The notes under the pieces were generated by a model. That model was not told where the DNA came from, made no database searches, and saw only the letters and a list, made by a program, of their open reading frames with translations. Both the position numbers and the translations under genes were made by a program. This document shows positions 17,911 to 28,800 of a stretch of 50,596 bases of DNA, piece after piece. Origin of the DNA: Escherichia phage vB-EcoS-XT34; the sequence record OR767160, one strand, 5' to 3'. Positions within the stretch are counted from its first letter, which is position 1. Every line of letters begins with the position of its first letter.

Positions 17911-18234
17911 ATGTGTGAGAACGTGTCATTCACCGAGCCTGATGATGGCTCTACGTGGTTGAAGTTTGATTACATTCCGGCAGAGAAGACGTATAAGTCT
18001 CTGAGCCGGAAGTGTATCAGGATCCGTGGACTCGTACAGATTGGCATCGTGTTCTCTCCTGATACTGGCATGGACGACGCGCGCAAGCTCGCAAAAGAAA
18101 TTGCTAATTTCTTCGAAGATGGTAAAATCCTTTCTGTAGGTTTTATTTTTGAAGGCGCGAGCCAAAAGCCCGTGCAGAAATCCCAAAGAGGCTGGTTAAT
18201 TCCAATCCGCTTCACAGTACAATACGACGAATAA
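17911..18234 (+). CDS. tail terminator protein (candidate)
   Basis: 107-aa ORF immediately upstream of the major tail gene. Confidence 0.4.
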   Translation: MCENVSFTEPDDGSTWLKFDYIPAEKTYKSLSRKCIRIRGLVQIGIVFSPDTGMDDARKLAKEIANFFEDGKILSVGFIFEGASQKPVQKSQRGWLIPIRFTVQYDE

Positions 18235-18247
18235 AGGAGCATTAACT

Positions 18248-18919
18248 ATGGCACTTCCTAACGGTTCCCAAGTCTTTATTGAGCAGACCCGAGCAGCCAC
18301 CGAAATCGAAGCAACCGCAGTGAGTAACGCGGAAAATCCGGTGGCGACTGTTGCGTCAACCACTGGCATTGTGAAAGGCGATTACGTCCTGGTGATGGAA
18401 AGCGTATGGGCTGCATTTAAAAACCGCGTAATGCGCGTAAAAGAAGTGGTTAGCGACACATCAATCACGCTTGAAGGCGACAAGAACACTTCCACGGCTG
18501 ACCTTAACAAGTTCCCCGCTGGCGGCGCCTCCACCTTCGTTAAGATCGAAAGCTGGATTGAGATTCCATGCGTGAGCGACATCGCAAAATCTGGTGGCGA
18601 GCAGCAGTTCTATACCAAGCAGTGTCTTTCAGATGACCGTGAAAAGCAGATCCCGACCTTTAAATCTGCGACGTCCATCGCGTATACGTTCGACTTCGAC
18701 TACTCCAACCCAATCACGCAGCTTCTGATTGGTTACGACGAAGACGGCAAGACGCGCGCTATGCGAATGTTTGTACCGAAGGCAAGCTATCCGATCCGCA
18801 CCTTCTCTGGCACGCCATCTTTCGATGACATCCCTAACACGGTGATGAACGAAGATGAAACGACCGTCCTGACCATCTCGCTTGATGGCAAATACACGCA
18901 CATGAAAGAATCTGAGTAA
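18248..18919 (+). CDS. major tail tube protein
   Basis: 223 aa, followed by terminator and then the G/GT chaperone and tape measure genes (lambda V-G-T-H order). Confidence 0.6.
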   Translation: MALPNGSQVFIEQTRAATEIEATAVSNAENPVATVASTTGIVKGDYVLVMESVWAAFKNRVMRVKEVVSDTSITLEGDKNTSTADLNKFPAGGASTFVKIESWIEIPCVSDIAKSGGEQQFYTKQCLSDDREKQIPTFKSATSIAYTFDFDYSNPITQLLIGYDEDGKTRAMRMFVPKASYPIRTFSGTPSFDDIPNTVMNEDETTVLTISLDGKYTHMKESE

Positions 18920-18922
18920 TGC

Positions 18923-18948
18923 AAGGGGGCTATTGCCCCCTTTTTCTA
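18923..18948 (+). terminator. rho-independent terminator
   Basis: gggggc-tatt-gccccc followed by TTTTT. Confidence 0.65.
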
Positions 18949-18991
18949 TTTGTGATTTAATATCATCAATTCAAACAAAGAGGAAAACACC

Positions 18992-19309
18992 ATGAGCTTT
19001 AAAGTAACCCTATCTGAACGCCTGCCAGACTTCCCGCTTCCGGTTAAATTCGTATTGCCGAACGGCGTTGAAGCTTCGTTTTCATTCACTGTCAAGGCGC
19101 TAACGTCATCCGAACTTAACGCCACGCTGAAAAATGCAGAAAAACAGACTGGCGCTCAGTTTGTAAAATCCCTGGCTAGCGGGTGGGAACTTGAGGACGA
19201 GTTCAATGATGAAAACATCAATAAGCTTGTTGATAGTTACCCTGCCGTTGTTGGTGGCCTGATCTCAACCTACACTCAAGCGCTGGCTGGCTACCGAGTA
19301 AAAAACTAA
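18992..19309 (+). CDS. tail assembly chaperone (lambda G-like)
   Basis: 105-aa acidic ORF directly upstream of the tape measure gene, ending at a slippery heptamer. Confidence 0.6.
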   Translation: MSFKVTLSERLPDFPLPVKFVLPNGVEASFSFTVKALTSSELNATLKNAEKQTGAQFVKSLASGWELEDEFNDENINKLVDSYPAVVGGLISTYTQALAGYRVKN

Positions 19310-19620
19310 AACGGGCGGTCGAGCTATTATTCAGGCGAGCGCCCACCGACGCAGAACTTGAGGCATACGGATTAACCCGTGAGGACTACGACAACGAAGA
19401 TCCAGAGATATTGCAGTTCGATGAGGAAACGTACCAGTCATGGGAAGTATTCACCGCGATGCAAACGCAATGGAGATCTGCCGGAGCCGGAGCCTACGGG
19501 CTTGATTATAATGTCTTGCCTATGCTATTTCGAATCTATAAAATAGATTGTGAAGAAATGGCCTTAAATGATGTGCGTGTGATGGAAGCGGAAGCGCTTA
19601 AGCAGATGCACAAAAAATAA
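18992..19620 (+). CDS. tail assembly chaperone frameshift fusion product (lambda GT-like)
   Basis: G ORF plus the -1 frame extension ending at 19620; the track ORF 19411-19620 is the tail of this frame. Confidence 0.5.
19300..19306 (+). other. -1 programmed ribosomal frameshift slippery site A_AAA_AAC
   Basis: heptamer in correct register with the G frame two codons before its stop; the -1 frame stays open to 19620. Confidence 0.6.
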
Positions 19621-19643
19621 TAGCGCCTACGGGCGCTTTTTTC
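19621..19643 (+). terminator. hairpin plus T tract between chaperone and tape measure genes
   Basis: agcgcc-tacg-ggcgct followed by TTTTTT. Confidence 0.5.
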
Positions 19644-19656
19644 GTATGGGGGTTTT

Positions 19657-22566
19657 ATGACAGATAAATTTGCAGGGCTATCGCTTGGGGTTGACATATC
19701 CCAGGTTGATGCGGCGGTTAAATCTCTGGATGACTTATCCAGGGCGAACAACACAGCCGGAAAGAGCTTTGACAATTTCATTGATGCTGAGCAAGTAGCA
19801 AAGCAGAAGATGAAAGAGTTCAACAACGAGGTTAAGCGCCAGAAGAAAGAATTTGCCGACGTAGAGAAAGCCATTGATCCTACAATCGGAAAAATGCGCC
19901 AGTTGCAGAAGGCGAGCGTTGACCTGGATAACCTCTGGAGTAAAGGCCTAGTTCCAGACGCCGAGTTCTTCAATCTGTCAAGCATGATTGAAACTCAGAT
20001 CAATGCGCTTAACCGATCCAAGATGGCGCTTACCGAAGAAGGCCGTGCGGCTATGGCTAACTCAAAAGCCAAAGAGGCGGCAACAAAGGACGCTGACAGG
20101 TTCCTTAAATCACTGCAAGAACAAGCTAACGCTGCGACAATGACCAAGACTGAGCTTCTCGAATTGAAGGCGGCACAGCTTGGCGTATCGACTCAGGCCG
20201 CACCTTTAATTGCAGCGATGAACAAGCAGACTGTAGCGACAAATGCGGCTGGCCTTTCCGCTGGCGAGTACAAGAACGCGCTGCGCATCTTGCCAATGCA
20301 GATCACTGACGTTGTTACCTCCCTTGCTTCCGGTATGCCTGTATGGCTGGTTGCAATCCAGCAGGGCGGGCAGATCAAGGATTCGTTCGGCGGTGTTGGG
20401 AATACGTTTAAAGTTTTGCTTTCTTACCTTAATCCGGTAACGGTTGGTATGGGCGCTATGGGTATCGCACTTGCTGGCCTTGCTAAAGCTGGTTACGACT
20501 CCTACCGATCCATCACTGACATGAAAAATGCCTTGATTGAGACTGGCGGATTTGCAGCAGCGAGTGCGGCAGACCTTGACCAGATCGCAATCAAGATTGC
20601 GGATACTGGTAACGCGACTATCGGAACCGTCCGCGACATCGCTACTGAGCTTGCTAAGAGTGGGAAATATACTCAGGAACAAATCAGGAATATCACCCGC
20701 GCTACCGCTGAATGGTCAGCCGCTACAGGCCGAGCATCAAGCGATATTATTAAGGATTTCGACAAGATTGCAGATGATCCGGTAAAAGGTCTGGCTAAAC
20801 TTAATGAGCAGTACAACTTCCTTGAGAAAGGTCAGTTAACCTACATTAACGGCATCATCAAAACGAAGGGCGAAACCGAAGCTGTGACAGCGGCGACTAA
20901 ACTGTTTGCCGACACCATGGAAGAACGAATGAGCAAGATTGCAGATACTGCAAGCCCACTTGAAAAGATGTGGACTGACATTAAGAAATGGTCATCCGAT
21001 GCCTGGGGTTGGGTTGGCGATCATACGCTTGGTGCTCTAAACCTCATCATTGACGTGGTTAGCGGCACGGTGATTCAGGTAAAAATGATTCTCGCTAAAG
21101 GTGACGAATACATTTCTAACTTTATCGCATCGGCAATCAAGGCAACGCAGAGCCTGCCAGGTATGAGCGATTTCGGTAAGGACATTCTCGCAGAGCAAGA
21201 ATCAATTGTTAAAAACTCAAAAGAAACATACGACGGATTAGCAAGGGATCTTGATTCAATCAATGCGCGGGTTGAAAAGGGCGAGATGGGATACGTTGAT
21301 GCACTTAAGACTCGGCGCGACCTGCAAAAGCAATACAGCAAAGAAACAAAAGATGCTGTAGAGAAGGAAGCGAAAGCCATTGAGGAACAGAACAGGAAGA
21401 AGGCAAAGAGCACGAAGGGGGACATCACAAAAGGTGCGACCGAGCAGCTTGATAAAGAACTGTATGTTCTCAAGGCACAGCTTAAAGTTTTGGAAGATCA
21501 TAAGTCGATTAACGACAAGATCTCAAGCCAGCGTCGGGCGCTGTGGGCGACTGAGGCTCAAATCTCAATCCTACAGGACGCGCAAAGCAAGCGTAAACTG
21601 ACCAACGAGGAAAGGGCATTGCTCGCCAGTCAGCAAAAGGTGCTTTCGTTAGCGAAGGAGAAAGCTGAGCTTGGCGATCAGATTGTTAAGCAGGAGCAGA
21701 TCAATAAACTGAATGACGACTCAATGAAGTTTATCATGCAGATTGACGCAGCGAGTAAAAGCCTTAACGCAACGCGCGCAATGGGTACTATTGAGGCAGA
21801 GCGACAGATTCAGCTTGAGAAGATCCGAGCGGAGTACATGGCGAAGGGAGGCGGTCAGGATGATGAGGCTCTCAAGGAAATGATTGACAAGCAGAACGAG
21901 TATTACGCCAACGAGGATGAGAAGCGTGGAGACTGGCTTGCTGGGGCGCAAAAAGCATTTTCTGACTACGGCGAAAGCGCAATGGATATGTACGGAAACG
22001 TAGAAAACATCGCAAGCAACGCCCTGAATGGTTTAACAGACATGATGACCGAGTTCTTGATGACGGGCCAGGCCAACTTTGCAGACTTTGCAAAAAGCAT
22101 TATCAGCCAGATCATTAAGATGATCACGCAGATGGTAATCTTTAACTCACTGTCAGGGATGGGCGTCGGCAGCGGTAAGGGGTTCTCCTTCGCTAATTCA
22201 GGTTGGTTCGCCACTGGCGGCTACACCGGAGATGGCGGTAAGTACGAGCCAGCAGGAACGGTTCATAAGGGTGAGTTTGTCATGACCAAGGAAGCTACCA
22301 AGAGAATTGGCGTCGATAACCTTTATCGAATGATGCGCGGTTATGCGAATGGCGGCGTGGTTGGTGGAACTTCAAGCGGTGGCGGCGGTAGTGCAATCAT
22401 GGCTGGCGGCGTGACAATCGGAAGTATCCCTGTTAGCATCAATAACGGTAGCGATCCGAAGGGCATGGAGCAGGGCGTGAAAATGATTTTCAAGCAAATG
22501 ATTCAGGAATCATGTTCCCAGGGTGGCGAAGTTTACAATTACATCAACGGAAAAGCAGGAGCGTAA
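19657..22566 (+). CDS. tail tape measure protein
   Basis: 969 aa, long predicted coiled-coil regions, Gly-rich C-terminal part, position after G/GT. Confidence 0.85.
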   Translation: MTDKFAGLSLGVDISQVDAAVKSLDDLSRANNTAGKSFDNFIDAEQVAKQKMKEFNNEVKRQKKEFADVEKAIDPTIGKMRQLQKASVDLDNLWSKGLVPDAEFFNLSSMIETQINALNRSKMALTEEGRAAMANSKAKEAATKDADRFLKSLQEQANAATMTKTELLELKAAQLGVSTQAAPLIAAMNKQTVATNAAGLSAGEYKNALRILPMQITDVVTSLASGMPVWLVAIQQGGQIKDSFGGVGNTFKVLLSYLNPVTVGMGAMGIALAGLAKAGYDSYRSITDMKNALIETGGFAAASAADLDQIAIKIADTGNATIGTVRDIATELAKSGKYTQEQIRNITRATAEWSAATGRASSDIIKDFDKIADDPVKGLAKLNEQYNFLEKGQLTYINGIIKTKGETEAVTAATKLFADTMEERMSKIADTASPLEKMWTDIKKWSSDAWGWVGDHTLGALNLIIDVVSGTVIQVKMILAKGDEYISNFIASAIKATQSLPGMSDFGKDILAEQESIVKNSKETYDGLARDLDSINARVEKGEMGYVDALKTRRDLQKQYSKETKDAVEKEAKAIEEQNRKKAKSTKGDITKGATEQLDKELYVLKAQLKVLEDHKSINDKISSQRRALWATEAQISILQDAQSKRKLTNEERALLASQQKVLSLAKEKAELGDQIVKQEQINKLNDDSMKFIMQIDAASKSLNATRAMGTIEAERQIQLEKIRAEYMAKGGGQDDEALKEMIDKQNEYYANEDEKRGDWLAGAQKAFSDYGESAMDMYGNVENIASNALNGLTDMMTEFLMTGQANFADFAKSIISQIIKMITQMVIFNSLSGMGVGSGKGFSFANSGWFATGGYTGDGGKYEPAGTVHKGEFVMTKEATKRIGVDNLYRMMRGYANGGVVGGTSSGGGGSAIMAGGVTIGSIPVSINNGSDPKGMEQGVKMIFKQMIQESCSQGGEVYNYINGKAGA

Positions 22567-22616
22567 TAAATGGCCCTAGACGTGTTCAAGTGGTGCGTAC
22601 AGGTTCAGGATGGTGG

Positions 22617-22715
22617 NNNNNNNNNNNNNNNNNNNNNNNNNNNNNNNNNNNNNNNNNNNNNNNNNNNNNNNNNNNNNNNNNNNNNNNNNNNNNNNNNNNN
22701 NNNNNNNNNNNNNNN
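22617..22715. other. run of 99 N flanked by an exact 128-bp direct duplication (assembly join)
   Basis: 22489-22616 is identical to 22716-22843. Confidence 0.9.
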
Positions 22716-22796
22716 TTCAAGCAAATGATTCAGGAATCATGTTCCCAGGGTGGCGAAGTTTACAATTACATCAACGGAAAAGCAGGAGCGTAATAA

Positions 22797-23144
22797 ATGG
22801 CCCTAGACGTGTTCAAGTGGTGCGTACAGGTTCAGGATGGTGGCGGTGTAATGACCGTCACTAATAATGACAGGCAGGTGCAGTTTGGCAATGGATTCCG
22901 CCAGGTTGCATCGTCTGGCTATAACACTGAGCGACGAGAGTACGCAATCAGTTACGTTGGCAAGGACTGGAAAGAAGTGCGCGAGTTTTTGCGATCGCAT
23001 AGACTGAAAGCCTTTGCCTTTACCCCACCGGAGGACAAGATCGGCGTCTTCCTATTGAAGCCGGACACGCTGAATACTCAGCCAATCGGTCGTGGTCTTC
23101 TTGTTGTAAAATGCACCATTGTAGAAGCCTTCACAGCGGTGTAG
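22797..23144 (+). CDS. minor tail protein (lambda M-like)
   Basis: 115-aa ORF immediately after the tape measure gene; a duplicate start at 22570 lies in the pre-gap copy. Confidence 0.55.
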   Translation: MALDVFKWCVQVQDGGGVMTVTNNDRQVQFGNGFRQVASSGYNTERREYAISYVGKDWKEVREFLRSHRLKAFAFTPPEDKIGVFLLKPDTLNTQPIGRGLLVVKCTIVEAFTAV

Positions 23145-23148
23145 AATA

Positions 23149-23173
23149 AAGCCTCCTAACGGGGGCTTTTTTA
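23149..23173 (+). terminator. rho-independent terminator
   Basis: aagcctcc-taac-gggggctt followed by TTTTTT. Confidence 0.55.
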
Positions 23174-23187
23174 TTGGAGGTAATCCC

Positions 23188-23934
23188 ATGACACCTAAGT
23201 TTGAAAACGTATTGCAGGGGCTATTCCCTGGTGAGATCATGACGCTAATTGACGTTGACGGAACTAAGTTCGGCGCGCAGGTCTACAGATTCCACAACGA
23301 GAACATCCAGTTTACGCCTGAAGAGATTCTCGCAGCGACACAACCAGGCGGGAGCCTTAAGCCAAAAACAATCACCTTTCAGGGAAATGAATATGGCGCT
23401 CGTCCTTTCGGCATATCAGGCATTGACCTAAACGGTAACGGAAAGGCAGGGAAGCCACAGTTAACCCTATCGAACCTTGACAGTCGCGTATCGGCCCTTA
23501 TTCGTTCCTACAACGGCATGATGCAGGCCAAGGTGACTATCTGGATAACCTCACGAGAAATGCTCGGCAGCGACGGCAACGTTTCACCTGGTGATTTCAG
23601 GAAATACGTTTACTACGTTGAGCGACCGAACTTTGTTGATCAGAACGTTGCGCGATTTGACCTTACCTCACCATACGACATGGACGGAATCATGATTCCA
23701 CCGCGAGTTACTCAGAGTGTTTGCTTTTGGGCGCAACGTGGATGGTATCGAAGCGGACGCGGTTGCGGTTACAACGGAAGCAGGATGTTTGACAAAGACA
23801 ACAATCCAGTAACTGATCCATCTCAGGACGTTTGCGCTGGAACTGTAACGGCCTGCAAGTTGAGATTCGGGGCTGAAAACGAATTGGACTTTGGCGCCTG
23901 TGCTACCGCATCACTACAGAGAAAAAATCAGTAA
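23188..23934 (+). CDS. minor tail protein (lambda L-like)
   Basis: 248 aa with a C-terminal cluster of four Cys residues, as in lambda gpL. Confidence 0.65.
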   Translation: MTPKFENVLQGLFPGEIMTLIDVDGTKFGAQVYRFHNENIQFTPEEILAATQPGGSLKPKTITFQGNEYGARPFGISGIDLNGNGKAGKPQLTLSNLDSRVSALIRSYNGMMQAKVTIWITSREMLGSDGNVSPGDFRKYVYYVERPNFVDQNVARFDLTSPYDMDGIMIPPRVTQSVCFWAQRGWYRSGRGCGYNGSRMFDKDNNPVTDPSQDVCAGTVTACKLRFGAENELDFGACATASLQRKNQ

Positions 23935-23993
23935 TTGACATTACATCGAAATCATGCCAGCATTAAATCAAATGGATACTGTAGGATACCAAA

Positions 23994-24479
23994 ATGATTA
24001 ACTGGCATGATTACTTTAAGTACGATAACGGGGTTCTGATTAACATAAAGAGCAGGAATGGGGCTAAGTATATGCAGCAAGCGGGGAGGAAAAATAAATC
24101 ATCAGGCTACATTGAGGTGATGGTTAATTATAAGCGGTATCAGGCGCATAGGACTGTGTGGGAAATGAATCATGGTAAAATTCCAGAAGGAATGGAAATA
24201 GATCACATAAATGGGATTCGTGATGACAACAGAATTGATAACCTGAGGCTTGTCACAAGCAGAACAAACGACACAAACAGGGCTAAAAGCAAGGCCAACA
24301 CAAGCGGTGTCGTTGGTGTTTGCTGGGATAAAAGAAAAGGTTTATGGTTGGTTAGGATTTACGACAACAAGAAACCAGTTTTCGTTGGTTACTTTCGTGA
24401 ATGGTTTGATGCTGTATGCGCGAGAAAGTCATCGGAAAGGACTTATAATTATCATGAGAATCACGGGAGAGCGAAATGA
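23994..24479 (+). CDS. HNH homing endonuclease with AP2-like domain (copy 3)
   Basis: HRTVWEM..IDHINGIRDDNRIDNLRLVT and WFDAVCARKSSERTYNYHENHG; inserted between the L-like and K-like tail genes. Confidence 0.75.
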   Translation: MINWHDYFKYDNGVLINIKSRNGAKYMQQAGRKNKSSGYIEVMVNYKRYQAHRTVWEMNHGKIPEGMEIDHINGIRDDNRIDNLRLVTSRTNDTNRAKSKANTSGVVGVCWDKRKGLWLVRIYDNKKPVFVGYFREWFDAVCARKSSERTYNYHENHGRAK

Positions 24480-25201
24480 TTAATGGCAAAATTAAGATGG
24501 CAATCTTCGAACATGCGAAATCAGTATACCCCAATGAATGTTGCGGGGTGGTTACTCAGAAAGGCCGAGTGCAAAAATACTGGCCTATTGACAACGTTCA
24601 CTCAGAGCCGGAAAAAGGTTTTCAGCTTCATTCTGTACAGTACGCCTGCATTGAGGATGACGCAGACCTAACCACGATCGCTATCGTTCATAGTCACACT
24701 GGAGACGGGGCGACCACTTTACCAAGCGCTCACGACCTGTGCGTATTGAATGAGATGGAATTGCCATGGGTGATTGTAAGTCTGCCAGAAGGTGACATGA
24801 GAATCGTTCATCCAGAAGCCATGCCTCTGATTGGTCGCCCCTGGTCGCTTGGCTCATTCGATTGCTGGGGCTTGGTGATGGCGTGGCACAAAGAGCAAGG
24901 CGTAATCCTGAATGACTTCCGAAAGCCTTACGAATGGTGGAAGCCTGAGCATGGAGAGAATCTATACCAGGACAACTACATCAAAGAGGGATTCGTTGAA
25001 ACAGGGAAAGATCCTGAACCTGGTGATATGATCATCATGAAGTTACAAGCTGATGTATGGAACCATGCTGGGATTTACCTTGGCAATAATCAACTCCTGC
25101 ATCACGAATTTGGCAAGCTGTCAAAGACAGACATCTATTCAGGATGGTTCCAGGAGCACACGGTAATGGTTTGTAGGCATAAGGAGTTAGAGAAATGTTA
25201 A
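24476..25201 (+). CDS. tail assembly protein (lambda K-like, JAB/MPN plus NlpC/P60)
   Basis: HSHTGDGATTLPSAHD metalloprotease-like motif and DCWGLV Cys motif. Confidence 0.7.
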   Translation: MINGKIKMAIFEHAKSVYPNECCGVVTQKGRVQKYWPIDNVHSEPEKGFQLHSVQYACIEDDADLTTIAIVHSHTGDGATTLPSAHDLCVLNEMELPWVIVSLPEGDMRIVHPEAMPLIGRPWSLGSFDCWGLVMAWHKEQGVILNDFRKPYEWWKPEHGENLYQDNYIKEGFVETGKDPEPGDMIIMKLQADVWNHAGIYLGNNQLLHHEFGKLSKTDIYSGWFQEHTVMVCRHKELEKC

Positions 25202-25788
25202 AAACGATCAAGCTATCCGGCTCGTTGGGCCGTCGATTCGGTGTTTTCCATAAGTTCGATGTTGACTCATACCCCGAAGCAATTCGGGCGCTATCCTCCC
25301 AGGTGGAAGGGTTCAAGGAGTTCATGCAGAGTGAGATCGGCTCACGTATGCACTTCGCCGTATTCGTTGACGGAAAGAATGTAGGCCAGCATGACGAGTC
25401 GGCGTTCGTTTGCGCTAAAGAGGTTCGCATTATCCCGATCCCTACTGGTTCAAAGAACGGCGGGATGTTCCAGATTGTTGTCGGCGCTGTAATGATGGTG
25501 GCAGCATTCTACACTGGCGGCGCATCTCTTGCTCTAATGGGTACATTCGCAACGTCAGCATTTATGATGGGCGGCGCAATGGTGCTAGGTGGGGTAATGC
25601 AGATGATTTCACCACAGCAAGGCGGCTCAAAGATGGAGGTTCAAAGCAGCAAGAACAAACCATCATACGCCTTCGGCGGCGCAGTAAACACGACAGCAGC
25701 AGGAAACCCGATCCCCGTGCCATACGGGTATCGAACAGTTGGCGGAGCAACGTTCTCAGCCTACAGCGTTGCGGAAGATATGGCCTAA
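25195..25788 (+). CDS. tail assembly protein (lambda I-like)
   Basis: 197 aa, C-terminal hydrophobic Gly/Ala-rich segment, between K-like and J-like genes. Confidence 0.6.
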   Translation: MLKTIKLSGSLGRRFGVFHKFDVDSYPEAIRALSSQVEGFKEFMQSEIGSRMHFAVFVDGKNVGQHDESAFVCAKEVRIIPIPTGSKNGGMFQIVVGAVMMVAAFYTGGASLALMGTFATSAFMMGGAMVLGGVMQMISPQQGGSKMEVQSSKNKPSYAFGGAVNTTAAGNPIPVPYGYRTVGGATFSAYSVAEDMA

Positions 25789-25791
25789 GTT

Positions 25792-25817
25792 AAACCCGCC
25801 TTGCGCGGGTTTTTTTG
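25792..25817 (+). terminator. rho-independent terminator
   Basis: aaacccgc-cttg-cgcgggttt followed by TTTTTTT. Confidence 0.65.
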
Positions 25818-25829
25818 TGCCTGTATAAT
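25801..25829 (+). promoter_or_regulatory. candidate promoter (TTGCGC-17-TATAAT) overlapping the terminator
   Basis: consensus -10 TATAAT at 25824-25829 upstream of the J-like gene. Confidence 0.4.
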
Positions 25830-25864
25830 GAAACTTCGATAAATCGCACGAAAGGCTAAACATC

Positions 25865-28800
25865 ATGATTAAAAATAATGTAGTGACGGGCCGAAAGGGT
25901 GGCAGCAGCAAGCCGCATACCCCACAGGAGATGGAAGATAACCTGATCTCAATCAACAAGATTAAGGTTTTGCTCGCCGTTAGTGATGGCGAGGTTGATG
26001 ATAATTTCTCATTAAAGGACTTGTATCTTAATGATGTTCCTGTAATTGCACCTTCCGGAGAGGTTAACTATGAAGGCGTAAAAGCTGAGTTCCGCCCAGG
26101 TACGCAGACACAGGATTACATCAAAGGCTTCAACGACACGGCGGCTGAGTTCACTGTTGGTCGTGAATTGAAAACAACGACTCCTTACGTGATCTCGGTA
26201 ACGAATAAGCAGCTATCAGCAGTCCGCGTAAAAATCCTGATGCCTCGCGGCGTTACCACGAAAGAAAACGGCGACATGGTTGGCGTGGTCGTGAAGTGGG
26301 CCGTAGATATGGCGGTTGATGGAGGGAGCTACCAGGAGGTTTTATCTGACGTCATCGATGGTAAGACGATTAGCGGATATGACAAGACAAAGCGTATTGA
26401 CTTGCCGTCGTTTAATAGCCAAGTCCTGCTTCGGGTTCGTCGTGTTACTCCTGATTCGAATAATGCAAGAGTTGTTGATGCGATCAGCATTCAGTCATAT
26501 GCGGAAGTTATTGACGCTAAATTCCGTTATCCTCTGACTGGTCTTGTTTACGTTGAGTTTAACAGCGAGCTGTTCCAGCAGATCCCAAGAATTAGCACGA
26601 AAAAGAAATGGAAGCTCATCAACGTTCCGAGCAACTATAATCCAGATCTTCGCGAGTATAACGGCACGTGGGATGGTAGCTTTAAAAAAGCATGGTCAAA
26701 TAATCCGGCGTGGGTGCTTTATGATTTGATCACCAATCAGCGCTACGGACTCGACCAACGGGAATTGGGGATTGCAGTTGATAAGTGGTCACTATATGAC
26801 GCTGGTCAATACTGCGACCAGAAAGTGCCAGACGGTCACGGCGGAACAGAACCTCGCTATCTTTGCGATGTGGTTATTCAATCTCAGGTTGAAGCGTACA
26901 ATCTGGTGCGAGATATTTGCTCAATATTCAGAGGGATGAGCTTCTGGAACGGCGAGAGCCTTTCAATTGTCATCGACAGACCTAGAGAGGCGTCGTATAT
27001 TTTCACTAACGATAACGTCGTTGATGGCTCATTTGCCTATACGTTCGCAAGTGAAAAAAGCATGTACACAACCTGCAACGTCACGTTCGACGACGAGCAG
27101 AACATGTACAGCCAGGACATTGAAGGGGTATTCGACCTTAACGCCTCATTACGCTTCGGTCATAATCCGACAAGCATCACGGCGATCGGGTGTACTCGAC
27201 GCAGTGAAGCGAATCGACGGGGCCGTTGGGTTCTCAAAACAAACCTTCGCAGCACGACGGTGAGTTTTGCTACTGGCCTTGAGGGTATGATTCCGATGAT
27301 TGGCGACGTGGTAGCAATCGCTGATAACTTCTGGTCAAGTAACCTGACGCTTTCGTTATCAGGTCGTGTGATGGAAGTGTCAGGCCTGCAAGTGTTCACA
27401 CACTTTAAGGTCGATGCGCGCGCTGGTGATTTCATTATCGTGAACAAGGCTGACGGAAATCCGGTGCGCCGGACGATTTCAAAAGTTTCTGCGGACGGGA
27501 AAACCATTGAGCTTAACGTTGGATTCGGTTTTGATGTTCAACCCAACACAGTGTTCGCAATCGACCGCACTGATGTGGCCTTGCAGCAATACGTTGTAAC
27601 CGGAATAACGAAGGGCGACGGAGACGATGAGTTCACGTACAGCATTACGGCAGTTGAATACGATCCGAACAAATACGACGAGATTGACTACGGCGTAAAT
27701 ATTGATGACCGACCAACCAGTATTGTAGATCCTGACAACATGCAGCCACCTAAAAACATTGTCGTTTCATCATACTCTAGAATTGTGCAGGGAATGAGCG
27801 TAGAAACAATGGTGGTAGGATGGGATAAAGTTCAGTACGCAAGCAAGTACGATGTGCAGTGGCGAAAGGATAACGGCAACTGGATGAACGTGCCGCGCAC
27901 AGCAAGCTCAGAGGTTGAAGTGGAAGGTATTTATGCGGGTAATTATCACGTACGCGTAAGGAGTATCTCAAGCGGTGGAAACACGTCTCCATGGTCTGAA
28001 GTTGTCAGCGTCGGATTGACGGGTAAGATTGGGAAGCCAGATAAACCAACAGTCATAACTGCATCTGACGACCAGGTGTTTGGGATACGGGTTAAATGGG
28101 GATTCCCTGAAGGCTCTGGAGATACCGCGTACACTGAGTTGCAGCAGATACCAGATAATGGAGCCGGAGGTCACACAGGCGAGGAGAATGCAAGCCTGTT
28201 AACAATGATACCATACCCTCAGTACGAGTACTGGCACTCTACACTACCGGCAGGATATGTGAACTGGTACAGGGCAAGATTGGTAGACAGGATTGGTAAC
28301 GCCTCTGACTGGTCTGACATTGTTCGCGGAATGGCAAGCGATGACGTTGAGTCAATAATTGGAGAAATAAAGGTTGATATCGAGAATTCCGAGGGGTTTA
28401 AGTACCTACAGCAGAACGCCATTGAGTCAAACGGAGCTATTCAGGCGCAGGCGGAATCAATTCTTGAAAACGCACTTGCAAACGACACTGACGTGCGACG
28501 AATGACCAAGGAAAACGGCAAGCGTAAGGCTGAATACGTTAAGGCGGTGAATCTTATTGCTGATGAAACTCAGGCTCGCGTAGAGGCTCTCACGCAGCTT
28601 AAAGCACAGATTGATGATGAGGTTGTAGCTTCCATAACTGAAGTTCAGACGGCACTAGCCACCGAAACGGAAGCTAGGACTACTGCCGACACTGCTTTAA
28701 GCGCTCAGATTGGCGACACGCAGGCCGCACTGAATGAAAAACTTGACTCATGGGTAGATGCAGAATCAGCTGGCGCTCAGTACGGCGTTAAATTGGGCCT

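Noticed and set aside
20206-21501. Several ORFs (minus and plus strand) inside the tape measure gene
   Set aside because: They are nested within the 969-aa tape measure ORF and have no independent start signals.
22512-22864. Track ORFs reading through the first N run (22512-22793, 22610-22864)
   Set aside because: Artefacts of the 99-N gap and its duplicated flanks; the translations contain runs of X.
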